IMG/VR virus record: IMGVR_UViG_3300037247_001116
Span: 1-64,000 of that record
Reading direction: 5' to 3' (one strand)
Source: a virus
DNA length: 64,000 bases
Below, piece after piece: positions 1 through 10,909 of this stretch. The translations under genes and the position numbers were made by a program. The notes beneath the pieces were generated by a model. That model was not told the DNA's origin and did no database searches. It saw only the letters and a list, made by a program, of their open reading frames with translations. Every line of letters begins with the position of its first letter. Position 1 is the stretch's first letter.

Positions 1-274
1 TATCTAAATATACACAGATTAATCCCATTTTTTGGGCTGACGCAACCAAATGTAATGCTCTTGTTGATTTGCCTGTGTCTTCGCCACCAAAGTCAACAGT
101 ATATTTTCTTAACGGAACTCCTCCGCCCATAAATTCATCAATCGCTGGAATGCCGAAAGGGATAACCTCTTTATCAGGAGCTTTCTCTGCATAATCAAAT
201 TTAGCAGTAGAGTCTTTTCCTTTGTTTAATTCTTTCAAAGTCGCTTCTAATTTCTTACGTCTTTCATTATCCAT
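1..274 (-). CDS. recA: RecA/UvsX-like recombinase, N-terminal part (runs off the window edge)
   Basis: Manual translation MDNERRKKLEATLKELNK...IPFGIPAIDEFMGGGVPLRKYTVDFGGEDTGKSTRALHLVASAQKMGLICVYLD matches the RecA N-terminus and Walker A; AGGAGG RBS at 281-286. Confidence 0.85.
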   Translation of the reverse strand, partial: MDNERRKKLEATLKELNKGKDSTAKFDYAEKAPDKEVIPFGIPAIDEFMGGGVPLRKYTVDFGGEDTGKSTRALHLVASAQKMGLICVYLD

Positions 275-951
275 CATCTTCCTCCTTAATAAAAATTCCA
301 ACTATATTCCTTTTAATAATCACATATGACATAAGAATTTTAAGACTAAGACCTATATCATCATGCCATAACATTGATAAGAAAGTTTTATGTTTTTTCA
401 TTTCCTCTTTTCTCCTTTTTGATAACTCCATATAAACTATCGGTCATAATTTTAATACATTTTTTCCTATCTGTTTTATTCATACAATATTTGGGTTTCA
501 CATCTTCTTTACTTGTAGAATCACACCACAAACATCCGTTTTCCGTAATAAATGTTTTATTTGGTAATTCTCTTTGACAAAAACAGCAAAAACTTTCGTT
601 TATTTTAAGACCTAAACGCTTTGCTTCTTTTATGCTAAATAGAAGTTTTGTCATTAGAATTCTCCGCCACAAATTAATCCAAAATACCCACTCCTAGCAT
701 CTGGTCTGCATTTTAAATTATCACAACCACTTGAGCTTAATAAAACACCGACTATGATGATTGTTGCTATACCAAATATGACGTATTTTAGGATTTTCTT
801 AAATATCTTCATGATTGCCCTTTACTATATCTTTTAAAATATCTTCTATTGGTTTATCAAATCTTATTTCATGTATGTCCTCTTTACATTGAAAACAATA
901 AGTTCCTATGATAAATAATTTACATTTTGGACATTGGTGTGCGTCGCTCAT

Positions 952-1290
952 TTAAAAATCCTCTCTGTATTTTGTTAATTCAATAAACATATCTAAAAAA
1001 TCATCTAAATCTAATACAGCCCATTTATTTCCTTCCCCATCTTTCAATGCATACATGGGAATTCTGCTACTATGGAGAGGTAATTCTGAAAGTAGCTTCT
1101 TCCAAATATCCCTTTTAAGAGAGATAGATTTTTTATCGGTGTACTTCGCTTCGATCAATAAATATTTATTATCTACATCCCCCTTGATCCCTTTATTACC
1201 AGAGCCAGGAGTTCTTTTAGCATACTTATCAATACATAATAATTTTCCCACTAAGTATTCTTCAAATTTTTTCCAATCAGGAATTTTCAT
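952..1290 (-). CDS. PD-(D/E)XK Holliday junction resolvase-like nuclease
   Basis: FEE...RTPGSG...GDV...LIEAK motif typical of phage/archaeal-type resolvases. Confidence 0.7.
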   Translation of the reverse strand: MKIPDWKKFEEYLVGKLLCIDKYAKRTPGSGNKGIKGDVDNKYLLIEAKYTDKKSISLKRDIWKKLLSELPLHSSRIPMYALKDGEGNKWAVLDLDDFLDMFIELTKYREDF

Positions 1291-2117
1291 CTGTTTCCTT
1301 TATAAAATCATAAATTGCTTCAGATATTTTATCACACATTTTTAAAGCTGGTTCTTCAAACTTTTTGTCATTCACTTGAATGCCATGACCTGTTGAGTGC
1401 GATATAGGATTTAAAATGTTGGCATAAGTGAAATCTGTTGTTTGTTGATTATTTCCTGTCTCAATGTTTACCGTGCCTTGTAAATATTCAACTTTAAAAT
1501 TAAGATTCTTCATTTTCAACCTCTTTCCATGTTTTATTTAAAGGGGCGTAATCACCTTTCCTAGATAAATCAAAAGCAAAACTCTCAGTCGTTTTAGTGT
1601 GCCAAAAACAATTAGGGTATTTCGCGCTTGCAAAAAACCTAAAGTATGATATTGCCTGAGATCTATTATTTTGGACTTTTATCATGATATTTTACTTTCT
1701 TAAATTTAATTGTTACATCAGGTACAATCTCAAATTGAGTAACTATATCAATTTCTAATTCTGTACTTTTACCATAATAGAAATCAACATCAGGATTACA
1801 TCCGCTTGCCTCATCAACGCATTGATTAATTAATTTTTGTAAGTCTAAAAGTTTCATTTAAAATTCCTAGATTTTTTTCGTTCTATAAGTATGTTCGGTT
1901 AATGTGAAAACAATTAAATAATTATCTTCTAAATAATCTTTTCTTAACTCTTTTTGTTCTGGATATTCGTCTAAATAAATGCGGGCAGTTAATTGATAAG
2001 TTTTTAACTCGACCAATTTTCTTTTATTCTCCAACACTAGATTTTGCATTTTCAGCCCTAAACGTGCGGTTTTCCTCAAACCTTCCGCAAATTCTTTTAC
2101 TGTAAAACCGTGAGCAT

Positions 2118-2690
2118 TCATTTCTTTTTGTCCTTTTTTATTTCTTCAGCACTTCTGTAATCCAAATCTATTAAAATACCAAGTAGAGCTAAAATAATTG
2201 CATCAGAAGCATCTTCATCATCTAATTTAATGTCAAAATTATTATTAAGCCAATCAGCTACCGCTTTTTTTGCTAGACCCTTACCATAACCAGCTTTTTT
2301 AGAGCATTTAATCCCCAATTTACTTCTACAAGACACCGCCGAAATAGTTTCGTAATCAACCCCTTTTCTTATACTTTCGCTGATAGCAAACGCGTGATAT
2401 TTTGCTAATTCCATTGACCCTGCTCGGCTATATCCAATAAATACATCTTCAATCACTGCTAAATCTTCACTGTTAATTAAATTTTCTAAAGTCTTAACCA
2501 TTAATTTGTATTTCTCTTTTGAGTCATCTGTTTTAAATTCAATAAAGATAAAATCAATTGTAGCGTATTTATCTGTTGTTTTAATAAAAGAAACACCAGC
2601 CCTGGTCGCCCAGTCGAACCCCACTGATGTGAAATTTTTCTTAATTTTATATCCAGTGACTTCTTCAATTTTTTTAATTGGTATTTTCAT
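2118..2690 (-). CDS. RuvC-like (RNase H fold) Holliday junction resolvase
   Basis: VGFDWATRAGVS, VIEDVF and DDEDASDAIILA give the RuvC-type acidic tetrad. Confidence 0.7.
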   Translation of the reverse strand: MKIPIKKIEEVTGYKIKKNFTSVGFDWATRAGVSFIKTTDKYATIDFIFIEFKTDDSKEKYKLMVKTLENLINSEDLAVIEDVFIGYSRAGSMELAKYHAFAISESIRKGVDYETISAVSCRSKLGIKCSKKAGYGKGLAKKAVADWLNNNFDIKLDDEDASDAIILALLGILIDLDYRSAEEIKKDKKK

Positions 2691-2877
2691 TATTCAATTT
2701 CCTCTATTGTTATACGGACTTTGGTTAATTTATTCAGCCAAGGCAGTTTTGCTATCGTTGCAACATAAAGGTGGGCAAAAATAAACAAAGGAGGTATTTG
2801 GTCTTTTATCTCTTTACTCCAATGACAATATTTCTTCCAATCGTTAACCATATATCCTTCCCAACTTTTCTTTTTCA

Positions 2878-3924
2878 TTAGTCTTTATCCTCCCTGAAGC
2901 GAATCATTTCATAATCTGTTTCACATACGGGGTGTCTTGGAACATCTTTAGAACCTACCAACATTCCCTTATACTCGATCATTTTGCCTATATATGTGCT
3001 TCTAGTAGCCCATACATCCTCTTTTTCTTCATCAGTCATAGCTAGAGTCACTTTTAGCCTATACGGAGCGCCACAGTCACGACAAGTGTTTTCTTGTTTA
3101 ATAATCACCCCTGTTTGACCATCAGCAAGGCATTTATCACATAAAGCCTTGTATTCAACCTCAAATCCTGCCGCTTTTTCAATAAGAACGCGATCACCCA
3201 ATTTTTTGCTGGTAACGCTCCTCCCTAATTCATTAATCTTCTTTTCGGCATTAGGATCAACTTCTGTGGCTTGAACCACTCCTAAAATCTCAGCATCAAA
3301 AGTCACAAAAGGTTTCACTTTATAAATAAGCCCCTCTTTAATAGTGCCTCTACCACATTTATATCTCCCTTTTGGGTCTTTTAAAATAAGACCTTCATAA
3401 TCATTTTTTAATGCTTCTTCAAAATATTCTTCGACCTCTTCTTTAGAATTCACAGTGATTTGATTTACAGGAGATATTAAATTTGGATGTAGCTTTTGTA
3501 CCCTTTTTATTAAATCATTTCTAGCACTAAAATAGCAATCCATCAACATGCCTTCATCCACATAATCAAAACAATAAAACTTTAAGTCTTCTGGAATAGT
3601 TAATACTTCTCCATGTTTTTTAATTGTTTTTGGATCTTCAAAATCCTTCGTCATAACGAAACCTGTGATTTCTTGGAAAGTCAAATCGGGAGAATATATT
3701 TCTCCATCTAAAATAATATCATGTTCTCTTGAATAATCAACAAGAGGTTGCATTTTTTCTCTTAATTGTTTATTCTGTATTGGTTTTAAAGACCTTGAAA
3801 GCATTTCCCCTTTGATAAATAGACAGCGTATACCATCTAATTTATAAGAAGCAAGCAATGGATATTTTATTTCATCTAAATTTACTTTCTGATTTGGCGC
3901 AAGCATCGGTTTAAAAGTTTTCAT
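2878..3924 (-). CDS. ATP-dependent DNA ligase
   Basis: Motif I KLDGIR, motif III LDGEIY, FYCFD, motif IV EGLILK, motif V YKVKP. Confidence 0.92.
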   Translation of the reverse strand: MKTFKPMLAPNQKVNLDEIKYPLLASYKLDGIRCLFIKGEMLSRSLKPIQNKQLREKMQPLVDYSREHDIILDGEIYSPDLTFQEITGFVMTKDFEDPKTIKKHGEVLTIPEDLKFYCFDYVDEGMLMDCYFSARNDLIKRVQKLHPNLISPVNQITVNSKEEVEEYFEEALKNDYEGLILKDPKGRYKCGRGTIKEGLIYKVKPFVTFDAEILGVVQATEVDPNAEKKINELGRSVTSKKLGDRVLIEKAAGFEVEYKALCDKCLADGQTGVIIKQENTCRDCGAPYRLKVTLAMTDEEKEDVWATRSTYIGKMIEYKGMLVGSKDVPRHPVCETDYEMIRFREDKD

Positions 3925-5789
3925 TTTCTTCCCTCGATTATTTTTGTGTCGTTTTCATAATGTGTTGGTAATGTCATAATCTGCCTACCAGTTTTTGAAT
4001 CTCTTATTTTTGATGTTAGAAAATATGTATTTTCACAGTCAACCCCATTATTCCCCCACAAATATTTACATACTAAAGAACCAAAACTTGCTACTTGGTC
4101 TGGTGCAAAGAATTTATTGTCTGTAGTTCTAATTTGGGTCATAACAATTAAAAACCCTTTATGAATTCTTAGTTGTTGTGCAAAATGGTCATATGTATTT
4201 TCTGTTTGTGTAAAATCTCCATCTTTCGGCTTCAACCAATCAATTACAGTTATTGCATTATCAACCAGTTCTACTTCTGTTGGATGTTTTACATTATGTT
4301 TTGGTACTAAATAAGCCTCATCGGGTATTTTTAAATGATGACAAATACGAGCTATACCACCATCGGCTTCTGTGTCAATTAAATGAGTCACACGTTTTTG
4401 CGCCCACAGTTGTTTAATAAAATTTCCTGTGATATGACTCTTGCCTCTTCCTGTTGGAGAGCCAATAATCAGTAACCCGCCTTGATTAAACCTTGCATAA
4501 TCATGAAAATATGGCATACGGAAATCTATCGGAACACCCATTTTGGCTTTATCAGCAACCCATTCGGCTTTCGTTAAGACCTGATATTTTCTCCCTCTTA
4601 ATGCCATTACTTTGTTATCATCTTCTAAATGTTTTAAAACATCTTCAATATCTTTTGTTTCTCTTTTCAATGACATAGCGATTTGATAGGCTGTACCTTC
4701 TTTGATAATTTCTAATCGTTTTAGTACATCAGAAGCCAATTCTTGTTTGTCATATGTTCGGTACTTTTTGAGTTGTCTTAAAATACCACTCATATCCTTT
4801 TTTGCCATTGGATTTTCAAGCATAGCATTAAAGTGGTATAAAGCCCAGGAAACTTGATCATCCGTACATTTCTTTCTAAGAATACCGCCATAGGTAATAA
4901 AAGTGTCGTTACAAACCCCGTCAAGACCTTTAATTCCCTCTGTAAAACTATTATTGTCAATTGATTCCTGAATTGTATCATCGACCGATTTCGTGTCATC
5001 CCCAATCAAATCTAAAAAGAATTTCTTCAATTCTTCAGGCATCTTCTTAATAGGTTTATTATTCCATTTTCTAATTTCTCCTTCTACCGACGTTGGTGCA
5101 ATTACAGTATAAGCATGGTTGCCTCTTAATTCCATATCATAAGGGGTCTTTTTGTTATGTCTGAAATTTTTATGAGTAATAATATCAAAATCTTTATCGT
5201 ATTTAAAAATCCAATGACGACCTCTTTTTGTTTCTTGAATTAAGGTATCTTCTCCTAATTTATCTTTCATTTTTTCATACGTGACATCACTATCAATATC
5301 AATTGCTATTACGCCACTGACTTCTCCTAATCGAATTGCTAGTCCATAGCCCCGATCCAGCCACTCTTTCCAAATTTTAGGATCTTTATGTTCTTTTTCT
5401 TCCCACATGAATCCACTAACAGGTCTTTTATCACCAGTGCCTGTTGGAAATAAGCAAAAACCCTGTTTGACATACATTTTAAAAATATCATCTATGTCAT
5501 CTTTAATTTCAATTTTATACTTGTGGGATAAATATGATGCAACGTCTTCATCAGAAAACTTGGGGTTTTTTAATGTTTTGACCAAATCAAAAATATCCCC
5601 TTTTTTGAAGGAGCATTTAGGATCATTACAATAAAATTTTGTGACGTTGTTTGGGTAAAGCTGTGCTTGTTCTTCCTTACATACAGGACAGGAGAATGTT
5701 TGTTTATCCCCTTTGATCTCAATACCTAATATCTCCTGCAAATACTGAATCAAATATTGATTGTACTGGTTTTTAATATACGCGTTCAT
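3921..5789 (-). CDS. Zn-finger + bifunctional primase-polymerase (Prim-Pol) + RecA-fold helicase fusion
   Basis: N-terminal CPVC..CNDPKC; Prim-Pol motifs IAIDID, TKRGRHWIF, ELRG..YTVIAPT; C-terminal Walker A GSPTGRGKS and VIDW. Confidence 0.8.
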   Translation of the reverse strand: MNAYIKNQYNQYLIQYLQEILGIEIKGDKQTFSCPVCKEEQAQLYPNNVTKFYCNDPKCSFKKGDIFDLVKTLKNPKFSDEDVASYLSHKYKIEIKDDIDDIFKMYVKQGFCLFPTGTGDKRPVSGFMWEEKEHKDPKIWKEWLDRGYGLAIRLGEVSGVIAIDIDSDVTYEKMKDKLGEDTLIQETKRGRHWIFKYDKDFDIITHKNFRHNKKTPYDMELRGNHAYTVIAPTSVEGEIRKWNNKPIKKMPEELKKFFLDLIGDDTKSVDDTIQESIDNNSFTEGIKGLDGVCNDTFITYGGILRKKCTDDQVSWALYHFNAMLENPMAKKDMSGILRQLKKYRTYDKQELASDVLKRLEIIKEGTAYQIAMSLKRETKDIEDVLKHLEDDNKVMALRGRKYQVLTKAEWVADKAKMGVPIDFRMPYFHDYARFNQGGLLIIGSPTGRGKSHITGNFIKQLWAQKRVTHLIDTEADGGIARICHHLKIPDEAYLVPKHNVKHPTEVELVDNAITVIDWLKPKDGDFTQTENTYDHFAQQLRIHKGFLIVMTQIRTTDNKFFAPDQVASFGSLVCKYLWGNNGVDCENTYFLTSKIRDSKTGRQIMTLPTHYENDTKIIEGRK

Positions 5790-5915
5790 AAAACCTCATT
5801 CTTTAAATCGTTTATTAAGTTACGAAGAAGTTTGTGTTTTAATTTTAAATCTTTTTGTTGTATTTTTATATCTTTAATTTCTTTTTCACACTTTTGTATC
5901 GATTCTATTCTACTT

Positions 5916-6485
5916 TCAATAGAGAATGATTTCATCCACTATCCCCTTTTCTAACATTTCATCGGCATATAAATATAAATCTTCACTATCAACTTTTTTG
6001 ATATCCGCTTCAGTTAATTTAGTATAAGTTCTTAGTTGATCATTGAATAATTTTTTATATTTTTTGATAAAATCATTGTGATTGTCCAATTGCGAACTGC
6101 CGCCCTCAAAATATGTTTTTAACTTATGGTCGAACCATACCGCGTCCTCATAACAGACTCTTTTATCTCCTGCAATTGAAATATGTGATGCTACGCTAGA
6201 TGCTTCGCCTGAAATGATTGTTACTACGGGAGATGAAATAATTTTCATAGTGTTTATAATTGATAAACCACAAGAACAACTTCCTCCTTCGCTATTAATA
6301 TATAACATAATAGGTTTGTTATTGAGAGTGTCTAGTGCAAACAATTCTTTGTTAATTCTTAGTGCTAATTCTTGCGTGACCTCTTCACAAATAAAAAGTT
6401 GCCTGTTGCCTAGAACCGTTAAATCGACATCAAATTCGTGTTTTATTAGGCTTCTTTTGTGTGCTGGTTTTCTTTTGGGTGACAT
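5916..6485 (-). CDS. Divergent ClpP-like serine peptidase
   Basis: PIMLYINSEGGS, ASSVAS (Ser), FDHKL (His), DLYLYADE..EKGIVDEI. Confidence 0.85.
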   Translation of the reverse strand: MSPKRKPAHKRSLIKHEFDVDLTVLGNRQLFICEEVTQELALRINKELFALDTLNNKPIMLYINSEGGSCSCGLSIINTMKIISSPVVTIISGEASSVASHISIAGDKRVCYEDAVWFDHKLKTYFEGGSSQLDNHNDFIKKYKKLFNDQLRTYTKLTEADIKKVDSEDLYLYADEMLEKGIVDEIILY

Positions 6486-6487
6486 AA

Positions 6488-7027
6488 TTAACCTTTCATT
6501 ATAACAAAAGGCGGTCTAACACCGCCACTAAATTTTACTGCTGTTTCTAATGCTTTCTTAATTATTGTTTCTGCCGATAGGTTTGTTGCTTCTAAAAGAC
6601 TTAAAGCTCCTTTTGCATAGTCAGATCCACATCCTACTGATTCAAAATTATAATATGATACGCCGACTTGTAAATCTCCTTCTAATTTATAGAGTCTTCT
6701 TTTATAACCTACCAAAAAAACCCCTATTCTTTCCGCGCTGTCTTTTATAGTGGCGAAAGCACCGTCTTTCAAACATTTTCTAACAGCATCAATAAAAAGA
6801 GTACACATGTATTCATAGTCGCTTATTTCCTCTGGTTGAGAAGGCACACTTAATTTAAATCGTAATAATTGCCCCATCCGAAAAGAAGAAGTGTAACCCA
6901 TAATAAACTTTCCATTACGAAAAACCTTTGCATCTTTTCTTGGCGTAATATGCAATCCTGCCACTCCTGCACTATCACCGCCGATATAAACTTTTTTGTT
7001 TTTTATATACCCAACAATGCAAGTCAT
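6488..7027 (-). CDS. HslV/proteasome-beta-like Ntn peptidase
   Basis: N-terminal MTCIVG (Thr nucleophile), GGDS, KVF, SVGCGSDYAKGAL. Confidence 0.8.
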   Translation of the reverse strand: MTCIVGYIKNKKVYIGGDSAGVAGLHITPRKDAKVFRNGKFIMGYTSSFRMGQLLRFKLSVPSQPEEISDYEYMCTLFIDAVRKCLKDGAFATIKDSAERIGVFLVGYKRRLYKLEGDLQVGVSYYNFESVGCGSDYAKGALSLLEATNLSAETIIKKALETAVKFSGGVRPPFVIMKG

Positions 7028-7030
7028 AAT

Positions 7031-7780
7031 TTATTCCTTATTTTTTAAGTCTTGGATTAACTTATAAGAATGAGTCGCAATTTTAGTAATCATTGATAAA
7101 ACATCATCTGCCTTGCTGTCTTTATCAACTATAGAAGAAATAATGGTATATGCCGCTTTCATTGCCGCTTGTGCTTCGATTGAATTGCCAGTTCCTTTAT
7201 AAGTTTTCTTAGCACTACCAGTTTCTTTCCCTGTTTCTTTTTCTTCCTTTTTTTCCTCTACTTTTACAACATAACCTTTAATAACATCGTTGCCCTTCTC
7301 TTGTGGCAAAACTGTTATCTCTACTTCTTTGCCCGTGCATTCAGACTTGAATTTTTGAATCTCTATTGTGCTATCGAGATCATACCAAGTCTTTGTTTCT
7401 TTATCTTCTTTAAGTTTTACCCCGCCTTTTGCAGAAACACCAGCAATGGTTGATAATTTAACCACTAAGTCGCCAGACACATTTGGTTTTTCCGTATCTG
7501 GTTTCTCACCGCGACCATCTTCCTTTACGGGTTCTGCTTTGCCGTCAGACAGCTTCAACATCGTGATAGTACCTGATGACTCTCCTTCTTCGCCTGTTGC
7601 TGTTGATTCATCAATCTCGACATCAACGGTCTTATCTGCCAAGTCATCCCCAAGAAGCCCTTTTCCATCTAAAAACTTTGCAACTGCATCTGAAATATCA
7701 TATGTCTTATTTACTTTTTCCAACTTCAAAAATTTTTCGTCCTTCATTACCCACGAAACTACATCTGTTACTTTGCTCAT
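7031..7780 (-). CDS. Hypothetical protein, possibly ssDNA-binding (two beta-rich repeats plus a C-terminal helix)
   Basis: Internal repeat KL...KT(W)YD(I/L)...K(T/E)V(D/E)(V/I); located among replication genes. Confidence 0.3.
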   Translation of the reverse strand: MSKVTDVVSWVMKDEKFLKLEKVNKTYDISDAVAKFLDGKGLLGDDLADKTVDVEIDESTATGEEGESSGTITMLKLSDGKAEPVKEDGRGEKPDTEKPNVSGDLVVKLSTIAGVSAKGGVKLKEDKETKTWYDLDSTIEIQKFKSECTGKEVEITVLPQEKGNDVIKGYVVKVEEKKEEKETGKETGSAKKTYKGTGNSIEAQAAMKAAYTIISSIVDKDSKADDVLSMITKIATHSYKLIQDLKNKE

Positions 7781-7794
7781 AACATCTCCTTATT

Positions 7795-8433
7795 TTAATA
7801 TTTATTAGCTTTTTTTAAATTATCTTCTTCCCATAAAGGTTGTAGATTGGTATAGTTAAAACATAATAATTGTTCTGATTTTTTACTCAAATCAAATAAC
7901 GCACATGGTTTGATATGGTCTACTACCCATCCGACTCTCCCATAGTTATCCCAACTCATTCCTTTAGTAAATTGGGATTGTAAATGATACATTAAATAAT
8001 CGGCTTCACACCCTATTAGAAACATTGTTGAAAGGGATTTTGTTTCTCCTTTTAAAGCATTGTATATTCTAGTTCTTAAATTCCCTTTCATTCTAAAATT
8101 CATATCATTCTGTCTGCGGTTTTTATTGACTTTAGACATTTTTTGCTTATCCCTACGGGCGTTGCGTATTTTAGCCTGTTTTGCTATTTTTACTTTATTA
8201 TTTTTATTCCATTCTTTTATCCGTTTTGTGATTTTTTCTTTATTATTATCTCTATATTCTTTATGTTGTTTAGAGATTTCTTCTTTATTTTCTTTATACC
8301 ATGTCTTTTGATATTCTTTAATACATTCTTGGCATGTGTTACGGCGATTATCATTGTCGGAACGAATAGAAAATTCGTTCATCAGTTTCTCTAATCCGCA
8401 ACCATATCTGCCTGTACATACTTTTGTTTTCAT
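7795..8433 (-). CDS. HNH-type (putative homing) endonuclease with N-terminal Zn finger
   Basis: MSWDNYG..W..DHIKPC..FDL...CFNYTNLQPLW..DN..K; paralog of 41015-41776. Confidence 0.75.
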   Translation of the reverse strand: MKTKVCTGRYGCGLEKLMNEFSIRSDNDNRRNTCQECIKEYQKTWYKENKEEISKQHKEYRDNNKEKITKRIKEWNKNNKVKIAKQAKIRNARRDKQKMSKVNKNRRQNDMNFRMKGNLRTRIYNALKGETKSLSTMFLIGCEADYLMYHLQSQFTKGMSWDNYGRVGWVVDHIKPCALFDLSKKSEQLLCFNYTNLQPLWEEDNLKKANKY

Positions 8434-8437
8434 AATT

Positions 8438-8707
8438 TTAAATTTTGCAAATTGCTTGTTCAAGCAACTTGATCAATCCTTTTGCTTCATCTTTTGTGAT
8501 TGAACTAATACTATGAACATTTATCCATGTTTTGTTCGCATCAGCATTTGGATTAGTGTTCTTATTTGCTGGCTGAATCCTCAACTTCTTTTCGCCACCA
8601 TTATACTGATAAGCAATAACATTAAGGTATCTTTCCCCTCTTTCTTTTCCAACATTAACACCCTTCTTAAATAACTCTACATTTAACTTTGGGTCAAATT
8701 CACTCAT
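8438..8707 (-). CDS. PC4/YdbC-like ssDNA-binding protein
   Basis: LNVIAYQYNGGEKKLRIQ...W....SITKDEAKGL fits the PC4/whirly-like pattern. Confidence 0.45.
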   Translation of the reverse strand: MSEFDPKLNVELFKKGVNVGKERGERYLNVIAYQYNGGEKKLRIQPANKNTNPNADANKTWINVHSISSITKDEAKGLIKLLEQAICKI

Positions 8708-9225
8708 GATTTATTTCTCCTTTAATTTTATTCATTAATATATTCAATTTCGCATTGAAGCGCGGCTAAGGCATTATCGACTTCATCTTCACAAACATCA
8801 TAGTGTCCTAAACAAATTAGTTTTTAAATAAACATATGTTTTCATCCTAATTCTCCTTTTTAAGTTTTGCCCAATGGCTCAATGGCACTATTAATTTCAT
8901 TTCCCCACCCAATAATAATCTCGAACCATAATTTAAAGCATCACTTCTGCTTATTGAATAAATATTTTTCTTAGTTTCATAAATAATCAAATCAATAGAA
9001 AATATGTTTAATTCATCTAAATTAATAGTCCAGGCTCCGCCTTGCACCATTTTTAATTTAGCAGATTCCTTTTCGTATTTTTTATAAACTCTATTTTTAA
9101 TAGTGCCAAGCATATTTATTCCTTTTCATATTGATCACACACATAACAAAACAAAAACCCAGCAAGCCATCCAAAAGTAACAGGACAACTATTTAAAAAC
9201 CAAAATATTAACCATAAAATAGTCA

Positions 9226-9483
9226 TTAGGCTTCCCCATTAGCATTAAGAGCTTCATCTTCCCTTTTATCTAAATGTAATCTTTTGAATTCTTCTCCTGA
9301 ATGAATAACTCCATAAACAGCATTGTGTAAATTTGAATATTTTCGTTCTCTAGTTGACATATACGCTTTCATTAATTGATAAACTAGAAATTCAAGATCG
9401 CCTTTTGTAGCAATTTTAGTTGTTAAAATTTTATCGGTTAATTCTTTGTATATCTTTTTTGATGATTCTACTATATGTGGCAT
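9226..9483 (-). CDS. Conserved phage protein (DUF6899-like)
   Basis: MPHI...GDLEFLV...Y..LHNAVYGV....EEFKR..LDKREDE....NGE pattern. Confidence 0.5.
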   Translation of the reverse strand: MPHIVESSKKIYKELTDKILTTKIATKGDLEFLVYQLMKAYMSTRERKYSNLHNAVYGVIHSGEEFKRLHLDKREDEALNANGEA

Positions 9484-9494
9484 TTTTAGCCTCC

Positions 9495-10559
9495 TTATAC
9501 TTTCACCTTTGTTTTCTTCTTAGGTTTATGTTTATCGAGTTCGTCTTTTAATTTTTTGTAGTTCGCGTTCTTTTCATATAATTGTTCGGTAGTTTTTTTA
9601 GATCTTTTCTCAATCACTGACATCTCTTTTGAATAATATCTTACAAGCGATTCTTTAAATGTTCTTATCCCTTTTGTTTCATAAATTTTATCGAAAGCTT
9701 TTGCCAAACTATTTTGAAAGGGTAATTCTTCGTAGCAAGTCGTATTACCCCATTCTAAATTTTTTAAACCTTCGATAATTGGATGTTCCAACCAATCAGG
9801 CATGTTGAGCATATCAATAATAAATTTTCTTATCTCAACATCTTTAACTGTGTCATTCTTTTTATCAACCAAAATATTATCTGATACATCACCTGTACGA
9901 ACTTTCTTAGAAATAATTTTGAGTGGTTCATTCTCAACAACATAGAATCCCTTTTTTGCTTTATTGGTAGGACTCTTTAATTTCGGATTAAAAATCTTTA
10001 AATTCTCAAAATAATATAATTGATGTAAGTCTTGATCTGTAGCCACCAAAATAACTTCATGGTCTGGAAATACTTTAGGAGCCAATGCCATTACATCATC
10101 GGCTTCAAAGCCGTACTCTATGGCATAATCTAAATCATAGTCCTCAATTTTTAAATCGTCACCTTGTTTTGTTAAACATAAATCGGCATAATTAACCGCT
10201 TTATTAAATTGAATAAAATTCCAGTTTGTTGATTCTTGTAATCGTTCTTCTAATCCGTTAATATCAGCATATTGTTTATCCCAATCGATCTCTTCATGAG
10301 ATTCACGCCCTGCTTGTCTCTGTGCTTTGTAAGGTAAATAAAACGCCCTTCTCCATGAGTTTCTTCCGTCCTTTGCAAATAGGATCTTATCATCTTTGTC
10401 TATGCCTATTTTCTTTAACACGCTATAAACAGTGTTTAAATAGTTATAAGACGCGGGTAAAACAAAAGAGCCATCAGTTTTTAATTTAAGCTGATTCGCC
10501 CACGCATAGATACTCTGATGGGTCAAGAATCCGCAGTCGAAGATACATAGCTTTTTCAT
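9495..10559 (-). CDS. 5'-3' exonuclease / T4 RNase H-like flap endonuclease
   Basis: IFDCG, DGRNSWRR..Y..YKAQR, EADDVM, TDQDLHQL, GDVSDNI; start moved to MKKLCIFD. Confidence 0.88.
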   Translation of the reverse strand: MKKLCIFDCGFLTHQSIYAWANQLKLKTDGSFVLPASYNYLNTVYSVLKKIGIDKDDKILFAKDGRNSWRRAFYLPYKAQRQAGRESHEEIDWDKQYADINGLEERLQESTNWNFIQFNKAVNYADLCLTKQGDDLKIEDYDLDYAIEYGFEADDVMALAPKVFPDHEVILVATDQDLHQLYYFENLKIFNPKLKSPTNKAKKGFYVVENEPLKIISKKVRTGDVSDNILVDKKNDTVKDVEIRKFIIDMLNMPDWLEHPIIEGLKNLEWGNTTCYEELPFQNSLAKAFDKIYETKGIRTFKESLVRYYSKEMSVIEKRSKKTTEQLYEKNANYKKLKDELDKHKPKKKTKVKV

Positions 10560-10909
10560 AAAAATTTTTCCAAATATTTTAATGGTTCTTTTTCTAAGAC
10601 CATTTGTTGAAGATGATCTTTCCATGTTTCTTTTATAATAAATCCATCTTTATTACAAACACATGTGTATTTTTCATCTGTTAATGGATCTGTAACAGAA
10701 TGTAAGCCGTCGCAAACTCTACATACTCTTTTTTCTTCTCCAAAAATTGCTTTTGCAAAATCATGAGAGAAAATAATAGGAGAAGCCCAATAATATTTAA
10801 GTATATTATCACTTTGTTCTCTACACATTGGATAATGAAAATCTGAATTTTTATATCCATTCTTCTCGGCTTTTTTAATCGCTTTATATAATATTTCTTT
10901 ATCACTCAT
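10556..10909 (-). CDS. Hypothetical phage protein with Cys-rich insertion
   Basis: IIFSHDFAKAIFGE...WKDHLQQMVLEKEPLKYLEKFL with an internal CRVC...CVC. Confidence 0.55.
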   Translation of the reverse strand: MSDKEILYKAIKKAEKNGYKNSDFHYPMCREQSDNILKYYWASPIIFSHDFAKAIFGEEKRVCRVCDGLHSVTDPLTDEKYTCVCNKDGFIIKETWKDHLQQMVLEKEPLKYLEKFL

